This document shows, in pieces, positions 39,230-50,750 of a stretch of 64,000 nucleotides of DNA (positions within the stretch are counted from its first letter, which is position 1; the number at the start of each line of letters is the position of its first letter). Under the pieces are notes generated by a model. The model searched no databases. It had not been told where the DNA came from and saw only the letters and a list, made by a program, of their open reading frames with translations. This stretch comes from Basidiobolus meristosporus CBS 931.73 (taxonomy: Eukaryota; Fungi; Basidiobolomycota). The stretch spans positions 62,001 through 126,000 of the forward strand of contig MCFE01000131.1 of the NCBI GenBank assembly GCA_002104905.1, in the 5' to 3' direction. Made by a program: the position numbers and the translations under genes.

Positions 39230-39704
39230 ACAATTGGTCAAAACTCAACCCAATCAAGAGAGCTTGGTGACATCTGAAAGCTCAGACTCCCCTTACCAAT
39301 GTATGATTGGTATTTTGATATATGCTATGCTACACACACATCCAGCATAATCAGCAGTATGGATCTGATCAAATTGCAGCAGTTAAGCAGATTTTAGATA
39401 CCTAACAGGAACTGCTGATACCTGCTTAATATACACTTATAAGGATGCAGAACAGGATCTTGTGGAATACTCCAATGCTGATTGTGGATAAAGTTTAGGA
39501 GACAGAAGCAGAGTATATTGCTGCCTGTGAGGCTACAAAAGAAGTAATGTGGCTAAGAAAGCTTGTCACAGACTAGGCAATGTCAAAAAGCCCTTACTAC
39601 ATTATTTCAATCACTTCCAATATCTCCAAGACTCCTACAACAAAAACCACACTATTCTACTGGTTCTCCCAGTCACTTCCAATATCTCCAAAACTCTTAC
39701 CACA
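39230..39704 (+). mobile_element. Internally deleted copia RT/RNase H remnant followed by two tandem LTR 3' ends
   Basis: Matches 35350-35830 with deletions. LTR tails end at 39642 (CTACAACA) and 39704 (TTACCACA). Confidence 0.75.
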
Positions 39705-39732
39705 GATTCAACCCCAGTTCCCTGGAATATCC

Positions 39733-39994
39733 TGTAAAGTCCTGTTGCAGGGATAAGTAGGGACCATCATAAAAGGCATGCACCCAATATAACCCACTGA
39801 TTGGAAAGTCAAGGAATCCTGACCAAGGATCATGGAAGAGGATGGTATACTAGGTTAAGGAGTGGATCAGGGTAGTACATACGAAAGGACAGCCAAGTCG
39901 CTCCTTGACTCAACCTCCAGCCTGGCCGATTTGATGGGAATCACTTGAGAATGGGACTTCAGGTGACCCTCAAGATTCCAGTCACATCGCATCA
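39733..39994 (+). mobile_element. Possible short solo LTR at the repeat/gene boundary
   Basis: TG...CA ends with near-duplicated flanks TATCC/CATCC. No second copy in the window. Confidence 0.25.
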
Positions 39995-40774
39995 CATCCC
40001 ATTGGAACGTTTCTCCAAATCCAGATGCCGGACCCTAAGAATCGATTGGTAAACCTTCGGAGGCTCATGGTTGGCTGGATCGAGATCCAACGGTACACGA
40101 CAGCAGCTAGCAGTCTGGCACTGGATCCGATGCCCACTCATGCTAAACGCCGATGGGTAACCACAACAAATCATGCGCGGGTGCCAAACCGACCCATCGG
40201 CCCAACGCAAAATGAAGAATTGGCACCAAATAGCGGGTACTCTCCGTCAACCACTCACACGGTCCATCGGACGATTGCGGCGTAGCAACTGCTCTGCGCT
40301 CGCCAGCCTTCGTCGATGTCAAAGGTGACAAGGCCCCGCCATCATGCCGCTGCGAGGGATGATCCGCGCTAAGCTCCAAACGATGACCAGGATGAGTGGT
40401 AGAACGCACACCCTGGCGGACGTGGATGTCCCAATCGAGGTGGTGGTTTCGATCGTTCGGGATGAAAGTCTCCGGCAAATCAGGAAAAACGGGACCAACA
40501 CCCATTAGTAAGCAAGCCAGATCAATTCGTACCATTCCACCCCTTCACATCGCCGCTGCCACTGAATCAACGGCGAATGACACACTCATGCCTACCAACA
40601 CCCTGCGACGACAGCCAATTGTTCGGTAGCCCGTAGCCAATCGTGCAGTCCAGGTGGGCAGCTTAAATTGCCAGCCATCCCAGTCAAGACCCGCGTTTAC
40701 ATGATCTCTTCAGGCGCACACCACTGAATCTACGGTCCAATCAGTGCCCACAACCCATCCAAACACACATCCAA

Positions 40775-42523
40775 ATGTCCTTCGAATCTCAGCTCCAGGA
40801 TGAAATCGCCAAAAGCCAACCCGTCATTTACACCACGATAGAAAACAAAGCGTTGTCCGCCAGCGACGAGAGCACAAGCTTACTTGGCCGGCGGGCCAGC
40901 TCGGATGCCGACCCGGGGAACCACCTTGTGGAGATTCGCACCGAGGCCTTCATCATCTTGTCGAAAGCGCTGCCGGTGCTGATCTCTGCTCTTCTCTCCG
41001 GGGTGACCAGGTACGGGGTGGTGTTTTCCCTGGGAAGCTTGGTGGGTTGGAAATGGGTCTGGATGGCACGCATCACCTGATTAACCGCTCTTGTGTTTCT
41101 AGGGGACGAAAGAGTTGGCGGCGTGCGCCTTGGGAGGGGTGTTCGAGGCCTGCACGGTGATCTCCCCCTTCTTGGGGATCATAACCGCCCTGGAGACCCT
41201 GTGCAGCCAGGCCCACACGGCCAGCGAAAACAAACACGTTCTCGGGGTGTATCTGCAACGCGCGATGCTGATCCAACTGACCCTTTTGGTTCCCATAGCT
41301 TGGTGCTGGGCCTACACCGAGCAGATCTTGGTGGCAATGGGCCAAAACCCGGAGATCGCCCGACTGACCGGGGTGTTCGTCATTTGGTCGCTGCCTGGGG
41401 TGACGGCGACCATGCTCGTCGAGTGTATCAAGAGATACCTGAATGCACAAGGTTTGTCTTGACCAACCCTCCACTTTCCTCTCCCGACAACCAATACGAA
41501 TCCGTTCCAGGGATTATGCGGGTATCCGCGTACGTGTCGGCCGTCACCGCTCCCGTCAGCTTGGTGCTGTTCTACCTGCTGGTGATTCACCCGACAACCA
41601 CCCTAGGCTTTGTTGGAGCCCCGCTTGCTGCCGGAATCACGAATCTTCTATCGCTGGCGTTGTACATTGCGTACACCGTTTTCATAGAGGGTAGCCAAGG
41701 GTGGGGTGGGTTTAGCAGTGAGGCGTTTCGGGGCTGGTGGGACTTCATGAAGCTGGGATTTCCCGGGATGATCATGATCAGCAGCGAACTCTGGGCGTTC
41801 GAGACCATAGCCCTGTGTGCATCTTACCTGGGGACCGTCGCACTCGCCGCACAAACCATCATCGAAACCACTCTGATGCTGTTCATCATGATGTCGTTGG
41901 GTAAGTAGGGCGTCGTGGGAGGGAGTTTTCGGGCCTCAATTAATCAGTCCCGTAGGTATCTCCATCAGCGCTTCGAACAGGGTTGGAAACTTGCTGGGCT
42001 CTTCACAGCCGTACCGCGCTGCCCTGGTCGCCAAAACATCCATAGGATTGGGGGCCATGATAGGGCTTCTGAACTGCATCTTCCTATGGACTTTGCGTGA
42101 CAAGTGGGGCTACCTTTACAACCGTAACGAGGAGGTGGTTCTCTTTGCCTCCCGAATACTCCCGGTAGTCGCCGTCATTCTGGTAACCATAAGCTCGCTT
42201 CACTATGCCCCCCACCCGTTTGTTCTCACTAACCAACCTCGTGTGTGTAGCTTTTCCAACCCGTTGGAAGCGTGTGTAATGGAGTCCTACGCGGCCTAGG
42301 CAAGCAGAAGGTTGGGGCGTTCATCAAGCTCTGCTCCTACTACCTAATTGCACTTCCCCTGGGCTTGTTGCTAACTTTCCATTGTGGCTATGGGCTGAAA
42401 GGACTCTGGTTGGGACTCATGATCGCATACATCGTGTGCTTTGTCATGGAGTTGAGTGTAATAATACGTACCAATTGGAACACCGAAGTGATGATGTGCC
42501 TATACAGATTAGCCTTGGTGTGA
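40775..42523 (+). CDS. MATE-family efflux transporter (ERC1-like), 5 exons, ~501 aa
   Basis: Exons 40775-41041, 41103-41451, 41511-41900, 41956-42182 and 42251-42523 join in frame with GT-AG introns. MATE motifs GTKELAACALG, ALETLCSQA, VYLQRA, SELWAFE, LGTVALAAQ, SNRVGNLLG, GVLRGLGKQ. N-terminal acidic dileucine ESTSLL suggests vacuolar sorting. Confidence 0.93.
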
Positions 42524-42989
42524 TCCATACATCTCTGTTACCCCCTTTGCTGGCCACCGTCAGTTGTATTGTGTAATAAATGCTTGTTGAATCTGCAGAC
42601 GCTACGAGCGTAGGTGGCTATCGAGACACCTCGTATCAGACAAAAATCGAGATTGGATATACATGTATTTATATTTGACAGATCAATTTTCTCTAACTAC
42701 GGGTTATTTTTGGAGAATATGTATCATGAGCAGCATGAAGTCTAACTTTCGGGCTTGCAATCAAATACAATGGCAAAAGTAAGCTCAGACTCGTCATAAG
42801 TGTTCGCTTAGAGGATATGAAAAGATCAAAAGAAACAGATGAAGTGTTGGAAGGAAAGGGGCCAGGTGAAAAAAAATCCCATCAATCTGATGTTACAGGA
42901 AGCTAAATTCGGTATGAGTGAAGAATGGTGGGTTCGGAGGTCAGAGGTAGCGTCCAGGTTCCTCCTGGATACCAGTAAATGGCGGCGAC

Positions 42990-45429
42990 TTATTCCAGCA
43001 TGCTGTCGCCCTCTTCGTAAGGAGTCTCTTGTTTGGCTTCCTGCTCCTCACGCTCCTTCTGTCTTGCCAACTCGAGCTGGTTGGGCCCTTGGTCTCTCTC
43101 GCATACTTTGTATCCATCAAGCTTGTATCTGACTAGGGTAGGAGCTCTTAATTTAAGAGTGATCTTGCCAGTGGTAGCGTTGACGGCGAAGATTTGGGCC
43201 ATGGGAAGCATAGTGAAGAATCTGGAGGCGCTACGGAACCAGAAGTGGATCAGATTCTTGTATCTGTCCGAATCGCCATGGTGATTTGTGTACTTGGGAT
43301 AACCCAATTGCTCGTATAAAGTATTTACATTCAGGTCGGCCCCTTCCTTCAGCTGGTCAAAAACCATGGTGGCAAATGCGCGAATGTGTTGAGCATCGTA
43401 TACGTTTCTGGGAAGGCCGGATGGATTTGGATAAACCACATGTGGCTTCTTGGGCCCCTCTTTGTGTTCGAGGAGGATGGCTTTGGCTTCTTCAAAAGTA
43501 TCCACTTGGGTCAAGACCTCATCTCCAACCACCTTGAACACCCGGTTCATAGGCTCAGAGTTCAAGGTCTTGCACACGCCTCCGAATTCACGCTTGAACA
43601 ACCCAGCAATGTGTTTCTCCTTTCCTTCTTCGTTAAGGTACTTCTGGGCGGGGGGAGGGAGGTGCTCCAAGATTTGGCTCTTGAGAACGGAGCCCTGTTC
43701 CTTTACGACTGAATACAGTGTAAGCAGACGCTCGATCAAAGCGTTGCGAGCATACTCCTTAGAGGAAGGATCCACGGAGGTATCCAGGGAGCTTTCCATA
43801 TGTTCGGGCTCGCCCATCAGGCAGATCTTCATATCTCCCTTGGGCTCAACATCCTTGGCCTTGATGGCGGCTTCCTTAGACTTGAAAGAAAGATACGCCA
43901 CGCCGGACGACTTTTTCAAGGTAGAGCTCATAACCTTCATCTCAGAAATGTCATTCGCGAAATCGGCAAAGAGTTCACGAATGAGCTTGTTGATTTCTGA
44001 TTTGGGTACGTGCATTGGCATATCCGACAAGAAAATGGTGTTTGCAATGTAAGTGTTGCGCGAGATCTTCTTGAAGGTTTCGGCCAGCTCTTCTGGTGCC
44101 TTACGCTTGCGGTTGTTGGCAGTGGGTGCGTGCAACGCAAGAGACTCTTGAGCGGCAGAGGGTGGTTCGACGTTGGACTCGGTGATCTCCTGCTTCTCTT
44201 CTGAGATTTCTTCTGGCTGATCCATCTCCTTGACATCAGTCATGACCTCATCGACAGTTTGCACCTCTGCCTGAGCTTTGGGGAGAATGTTTTTCACTCC
44301 CTCAATAAACGGAGTTCTTCTGTCTTTTTTAGCAGTGGACTTAGGTTGACGCCTGGGTGTTCCTTTTTTGGGGGTCGTGATGTTTACCAAAGCCTCGGTG
44401 ATGATCATGTTTTTGGCTTTGATTGGAGACGATTTTGATGCCCAGGGAAGCTCATTGAAATCGGTATCAGGCGAGGCCTCGATATCAGTCTTCTGTGTGG
44501 TGGTGACTTCGACTTCCTCTTTATCGGCTTGGGTCAAAACTTCGTTTTCCTCCTGCTCGTAGTTACGGATTCCTGCCAAGGGAGTGACCATAGGTTGAAC
44601 ATCGGTCGAGGATCTGCGTGTAACTAAGGGGGTTCTCTTGGCACGAGCACCTGAGTCGAGAGTAGAAAGGCGGGTTCTGGTTGCGGGCTGGCTGGGGGTT
44701 TCCTTGGCAGGAGCTCTAGCAGGCTTAGCAGCAGACTTGATTTCAGGGATGTCATTACTGAGTCTTCTGGCTCCCGCTTGGGGTGTAGATACTGGTGGAG
44801 CAGCCCCAGTAGCAGTTCTCTTGGCTAGCAAAGATGTTCTTCTAAGAGTAGTAGTAGTAGCCGTGGTGCGAGTCAGGAGAGCTTTGGGTTCTTGTGAACC
44901 AGCAGAAGCTCTGGTAGTACGGGTGAGAGGCTTTATTTCGGATGTGGTAGTGGCTCGGGTCGAAATAGATGTTCTTCTCTGCAGAGGCTGAAGTGTTGTT
45001 GCTGTAATGGTCTTTGTTTCACCAGTAGCTGATGTGGCAGTGGCAGCAGCAGTTCTACGGGTGGCTAGAGAGGTCCTTCTAAGAGGGCCTTGAGCCCCAA
45101 TTGAGGATACTCTACTTCTAGTGGCATCTTTGGCAGCATCGAGAGGAGCGGCTGGAGCCCTGCTCCGAGCCAACGACTCCCGAGGAGTCTCGGTAGTTTT
45201 ACCATCCGCAGCAATGGTTCTACTACGTAGAACTCTGGTACCAGGCGTGGCTGCGGGTTTAGCAGCTGTGCTTCTGGATCCAACTGGTGTGGAGTATCTA
45301 GAAGGAACTTCGATTGGTGCTCCTCTTCTGGGAACACTTGAAAAGCTATTGTCTACGAAAGAAGCAATCAGCCTCAGGCTGGCCAACGCAGGAACGAATG
45401 CACAACTTACCTTGGTTAGAATCGGACAT
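42990..45429 (-). CDS. Uncharacterised ~793-aa protein: basic low-complexity N-terminal half, RRM-like domain, unknown C-terminal domain
   Basis: Long ORF 42990-45488. The likely true start is ATG 45429 with a 58-nt intron (45410-45353; GTAAGT donor, CTGAT...TAG acceptor), giving MSDSNQDNSF. RNP2-like TIFLSDM, RNP1-like SGVAYLSF, NLS-like RKRK. Confidence 0.85.
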
Positions 45430-46461
45430 GATGTCAAGCGTAATGTAATAGAGGTACCTGGAAAATAAAATAGAGGAGTACTTTTCAAGACAAACTTGTG
45501 GCGAGAAAAAGTAATCTATCTGGGATTAGTGGACAAGCTATTGCTCCAACGCACAACAATCAATAGCTAGTAGCAGGTTCAGAAAAGAGCAAGGTAGGAA
45601 CTTCAGCAGCGATGAATCACACTCTTATGAAAATAATTTGTACCATCGTGATGCCGCTAAACAATCGAAGTAAATATTTGGCCCACCAAAAACAGAACTT
45701 TTCATTGGCTACATGGACCATAACTGTTCATTCTATTGGAGGATCGCTCAGTGAGCTCATGGGACTGTTATTTGCGAATTTCTTTCAGCACACCCATTTT
45801 TTTTCTCGATTGTTTTGCTTACTACAATGATTTTTTTCATTTGTGATCCGACATAAATCCCTCGATCCTAGTTTAAGTGGCATTTAACATATCACTTAAG
45901 TACTCGCCCAGCAGGTCCTGATTCCAGGCTGCGTTGACGAGAGCAGAAGACGGCTGCTGAGAGAATGGCCTCCAGTGGTTGCAAGCGAGGCGACTAAAGC
46001 TGCATGACGCCCCACTCGCCAACCATTTGTTTTGCTGTTAGCTGTAGCTGTCTGCAAACCGGTCTTCACGCTTGACATCGCCATAAAAGTTGTGGATGTT
46101 GGGCTGGTTGTTCGTGATGCTCCTACATCTACTCTCCTCCCAATAAGTGAAAATTCATATTCGGCGAGGTCCAGTCGTACATTTGGAAGTTCTTTGGGGA
46201 TGGCGTATTATATTCTAAGGATATATCGAGGGAGCTGAGCGTAACCTGTTAATTTAAACAGTTACTATGTGACGTAGAGCAGGATGTGTGCATTCCAGTT
46301 TAATCATGCAATAGACAAATCACGTGCTGGAAGGTGAATGCATATTCGGTCACATGGGAGTAGACTTGGTTTATTTTGATTAATTGAACCATTTCTTAGG
46401 AAATCATATTTGCCAGACCCAGGTTTGATGAATAGATCTCAGCCATGATATTCTATATCAA

Positions 46462-46788
46462 TGAGAGTGACAAGCTGTCCGCTAACCCTTATATCCACAC
46501 TGCCAGCGATATTATTGGCATTGCCGACTAAAATCAAAGTGGAAGGCTGATGGATAGCCAGCACGGCTCCACGAGGCGTGGCCTGAGCAGCCGTAGCCGC
46601 ATCTGAGCTCCCCAACTCTGAGGGTAGAGTAGCTGGCGATGATCTTTTTGAGGAACGCGGTCAGGCTGGGGTCTACATTGTCGGTCACCACACCAATCAC
46701 GCCACGCTTGTCATTGAACCCAGCCATGTCAGATTGCAGCATGCCAATCACCTTGGTTCCGGCTTTCTTGTACTGCTGGGCGATATCA
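46462..46788 (-). pseudogene. Scrambled partial duplicate of the neighbouring aminopeptidase gene
   Basis: 46534-46788 is the reverse complement of 48582-48836 (~98%, with SDH changed to SGH). 46462-46533 is a direct-orientation copy of 48834-48905. Confidence 0.9.
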
Positions 46789-47874
46789 TCGGACTCAAGG
46801 GATCGCTTCAGCCGTTATTCCGGTAGAGGCTCGTCGCCTTGGTACGAAAGTTTCATGCACAATGCTGTGGGCTGATTGTAGGATAATCGCCGTAGGGCTA
46901 TTCCTCGGGTTTATATCTCCTGGAAGGTCACACTGCACATAGCCCTCTCTGACTCATGCAAGGTATTCTCATCACGCCTAAAGCGAATTAAGCGTTTCTG
47001 TTGATTACACAGATTCCCACCAGCATCAATATTTGGGTGATGATCTTCCGGTGAGCAAAAATGGAAGAAGCGAGTGATCTCTCTCCATGCATTACGTTTC
47101 CAGGAATTGTAGCGTTCCAATATCTCCCGCGAATATCAAATGTGCCCTTGCCCTAAGTTGACTCAATCACATCATTATCATGGGAGATTCTCGTATCGAC
47201 AGAGGAGGCCGTCGGTTGATGTCCTATCACAAGGGTGATCCAGGAAGCCAGCAAATCGAATGGAGCACCACGCTCAAGGTAATGCAATTTGCTAAGAAAC
47301 GCCGATGTTTACCTTGTGCCATACCTGTTAAAGGGAGTTTTCTGCTACTTCCAGTCATCTGAGGCCTGTGAACTTTGCATTTCCAGTAGGGCAGCAACGA
47401 CCTATGGCTTTTCCTGGTATGCGAATATTTAAGGTTAATTACTGGAATGCCCACAGCCAGATTCGAGGATTGATTCACTTATTGGCATGTGTCTCAAGGA
47501 GTCAGACTTGGGTTTACTTGCTTTATCAACTATCTGGACTCTTTATTGCACCATCTGTATGCTGGGAGCATTACCTGTTTAGTACGCAAATTTGATTAGG
47601 TATTCTCACCATCGTGTAGTATCATCAGAAGAGGTCATAGCAGGTATACATTAGGCAGTCCGTATGGCGATCGTCCGCCATAAATGGGCATCGAATTCGG
47701 GTACAAAACTTCAATGGGAATTCAGAGCAGGTATTGAATTCCCTAATAATAGCGTTAATCTGAATTGCATTCCAATTGTTTGGATTCCTTAGCAAATCGC
47801 GGCAAGTCATGAAATATAAATTGGAAGAAGGTCATGTCCAAACCACATCAAGGCATTCACCCAACGGCTTCAAC

Positions 47875-48969
47875 ATGGTCAAATTCGGACTTCTTCTTTC
47901 TCTGCTCTCCCTTGGATTCAGCACCGAAGTGCTCTCCTTGCCAACCAAGGACCTTCGTCTTGTCAAATACTCCAAGGAAGCCGAGGCCAAGTGGGTGTCT
48001 GAGACTGACATCGAACAGCTGATCGTCTCTGGAGCCCGTCATTTCATTGACATCACCAATACTCAGGGTTTGGAAAGCTTACCCAAGCAGGAGGCTATCC
48101 CCATCCCCACTCAGCTCTCCGCCGCTCAGGATGTCAAGAAGTTCATCGATTCCCTCACTACATCCAACATGCAGACATGGCTGAGCAAATTTGTCACCTT
48201 CAACAATCGGTACTACAGATCTCAAACCGGCGCCGACTCTTCCAACTGGCTGTTCCAGCAGGTGCAGGCTATCGCTTCCTCAAACCCAGCTGTGAAAATC
48301 AGCGTTCGCCAGGTAAGCCATTCCTGGGTCCAGAAATCGGTAGTTGCCCGGATCGAAGGGGCTTCTGGAAACAACGAAACTGTCATCCTGGGAGCGCACC
48401 AGGATTCCATTAACCAGCAGAGCCCTAGTACTGGGAGAGCTCCAGGTGCTGATGATGACGGCAGCGGCACAGTGACCATCCTAGAAGCATTCCGTAGCTT
48501 TGTTCAAGGGGGTCTCCAGCCAAAGCGCCCAATCGAGTTCCACTGGTACGCTGCCGAGGAAGGTGGCCTGCTTGGCTCGGGTGATATTGCCCAGCAGTAC
48601 AAGAAAGCCGGAACCAAGGTGATTGGCATGCTGCAATCTGACATGACTGGGTTCAACGACAAGCGTGGCGTGATTGGTGTGGTGACCGACAATGTAGACC
48701 CCAGCCTGACCGCGTTCCTCAAAAAGATCATCGCCAGCTACTCTACCCTCAGAGTTGGGGAGCTCAGATGCGGCTACGGCTGCTCAGACCACGCCTCGTG
48801 GAGCCGTGCTGGCTATCCATCAGCCTTCCACTTTGAGAGTGACAAGCTGTCCGCAAACCCTTATATCCACACCGCCAGAGATACCATTGATACTGTTGAC
48901 TACAACCATATGCTGCAATTCGCACGTGTTGTTGTTGGATTTGCCTATGAGCTTAGTGAGTCAGCTTAA
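47875..48969 (+). CDS. lap1: Secreted M28 leucine aminopeptidase (LAP1-like), 364 aa, intronless
   Basis: Signal peptide MVKFGLLLSLLSLGFS plus propeptide. Zinc-ligand motifs LGAHQDS, GADDDGSG, AAEEGGLLGS, QSDM, CSDHAS. TATAAA at ~47815; AATAAA at ~49039. Confidence 0.93.
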   Translation: MVKFGLLLSLLSLGFSTEVLSLPTKDLRLVKYSKEAEAKWVSETDIEQLIVSGARHFIDITNTQGLESLPKQEAIPIPTQLSAAQDVKKFIDSLTTSNMQTWLSKFVTFNNRYYRSQTGADSSNWLFQQVQAIASSNPAVKISVRQVSHSWVQKSVVARIEGASGNNETVILGAHQDSINQQSPSTGRAPGADDDGSGTVTILEAFRSFVQGGLQPKRPIEFHWYAAEEGGLLGSGDIAQQYKKAGTKVIGMLQSDMTGFNDKRGVIGVVTDNVDPSLTAFLKKIIASYSTLRVGELRCGYGCSDHASWSRAGYPSAFHFESDKLSANPYIHTARDTIDTVDYNHMLQFARVVVGFAYELSESA

Positions 48970-50366
48970 CCTGACGTCGCGTCCTTTGAGGACCAATCCC
49001 GAGGTTGTTTATTGCTTTATGCAAAGAGTTTGAAGTACAATAAATGTACACATTTATTTAAGTGAACTGGGTATTTTTATGGACACCTCACAGCAGGGGG
49101 TTCGATTGGTCATGGACAGTAGGCTGGCATTCGCAACGCGAACTCGATGCTCGAAACCAGAGGTCCACGGGGATTCAGGTGGCCAGGCGTAGCCAGCAAG
49201 GTTGCAGATAGAGCGAGTAATAAGCGATCTCGACCATTCTTGCTAATTGCCGGACAACACCTGTTTGTAGCTCAAAGATGGACAAGATGCGCTCGCCTGT
49301 CCGCGTTTCACAGGATAACATGGTAAGTTGGGATCACATTGGGAAAGGCCAAGTACCACCGCTTCTACCCAGGCGAAAATCAGAAGGATCTACTGTGGCC
49401 AAGCAATATGCCTAATTCGAGCGAAGATGCTCGGTTATATGAATACAAACACTGGTTTGGGATGGTGATTTGCTTTTTAGAGAGTTATTTGATGATCAAG
49501 TAGTATACAAAGGTTAAACTCCAACATTCCCGAAAAGTCAATTCCATGGGTTCGACCTCAGCAGCAAAGCTATCGCGCGAATTATCGGAATCTCGATGAT
49601 ATATAGCGTAATAATGGCATAAACTCTATCCAGCATCCACTTGCTTCGGGTGACGGCATCGGTTTAGACACCGGGTTTAAGAGCCTCCGCGTCATCCGGT
49701 CATCTACCCCATGCCTAATGCCTAAACAACCATAACCCCAAAGGTGACCCTTGCAACGCCGCGACCAGCATAGCGTTCAATCGTTCGCACGGTGTCCGCA
49801 AGTCCCAACGAGAGATCTTCTGCCAAGTCCGACGATATGCACACGTACCCCACTGCTGTTAGGTTAGTCCATCCACCACGATCGGCGTTTGGATCACCCG
49901 GCGAAGGCCATCATAGGTTTGCCCGCGATATTCCGTATTCTGGGAATCTCCTGATGGACATCTACCTTGTCATTTATTGAGGCTTTCTGCAATCTAACCC
50001 AATTAATACATCTTGTCATCTGGCGAGTTTTCCAACATTTGGGAACTGGGCAAAATGCAGCCCCGGCTCAGAATAGCAAATCAAGAAGTGTGTCATCCGT
50101 TCTTGGCACCCGGCAATTACATTCGCCGTGGTTACTACTTAACAAGCGTTAGCGAGCAGCATCAATCAGGAAGGCAAGGAAGATTGATCTTCGCCAGAGT
50201 TTATTGAGGGGTATTCTATTTTATATACAATGTTCTGGGGGCTGCGGAGGAGCGTAGAACGTCTATAGGCGTATGTTGGTCTGGATACAATAGTCAAGGA
50301 AATAAAACCTCGAGGACTTGCATACCGAAATATGCAGCCTTGCTTCGGGCTATTATGCCTGTCAGT

Positions 50367-50750
50367 TCAATTCACGTTCTGGTAAACTGGCGGGGGTGGT
50401 TCGAGTGGGGTTTCCGCGATTGTTCTATAGGCAACTGGAGTGTAGTCAGAAGCGAATCCGTTTGGCAAACTTCTCATGGAAGCGGGTGTAATGTTGGTTG
50501 GTTCGTTGAATCCAGGGTTGGGTGTGTATGGAGGAAGAGTTTCGGTTACTCCAGCAGGATCGTCCTCTGGGATCCTCACCACTCCACATTCTATTTGGTT
50601 CCGACGTAGATGCACTTCACTTGCTTGGTGTCTTCTTCGATGACGCCTCGAATAGGTGATTAATATTGTCACAAAGCAGATCAGCGACACACCAACTGCA
50701 ATGACGAAACCGACAACGTATTGCGGCCTCAGGCCAATTCCAATATCCAT
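50367..50750 (-). CDS. Small single-pass membrane protein with PY motifs (Rsp5/NEDD4-adaptor-like), 127 aa
   Basis: One TM segment (VVGFVIAVGVSLICFVTILITY), a basic stop-transfer stretch RRHRRRH, and cytosolic LPPY and PPVY motifs. Confidence 0.65.
   Translation of the reverse strand: MDIGIGLRPQYVVGFVIAVGVSLICFVTILITYSRRHRRRHQASEVHLRRNQIECGVVRIPEDDPAGVTETLPPYTPNPGFNEPTNITPASMRSLPNGFASDYTPVAYRTIAETPLEPPPPVYQNVN

Noticed and set aside
45896-46238. Short ORFs on both strands between the RRM gene and the LAP fragment
   Set aside because: No recognisable motif and no convincing start or splice structure. They may be decayed coding DNA, but this is unsupported.
46462-46788. LINE twin-priming retrocopy as the origin of the LAP fragment
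   Set aside because: The segment order and orientation do not fit twin priming, and there is no poly(A) tail or TSD.
47776-47874. N-terminal extensions given by the ORF track for LAP (also 54576-54731, 56231-56338 and 45430-45488)
   Set aside because: They start at TTG/GTG or run through TATA boxes; downstream ATGs give proper signal peptides or a spliced start.
49090-49560. GGTTCGA T-loop-like words at ~49099 and ~49546
   Set aside because: No flanking T-stem, acceptor stem or D-arm, so not tRNA.
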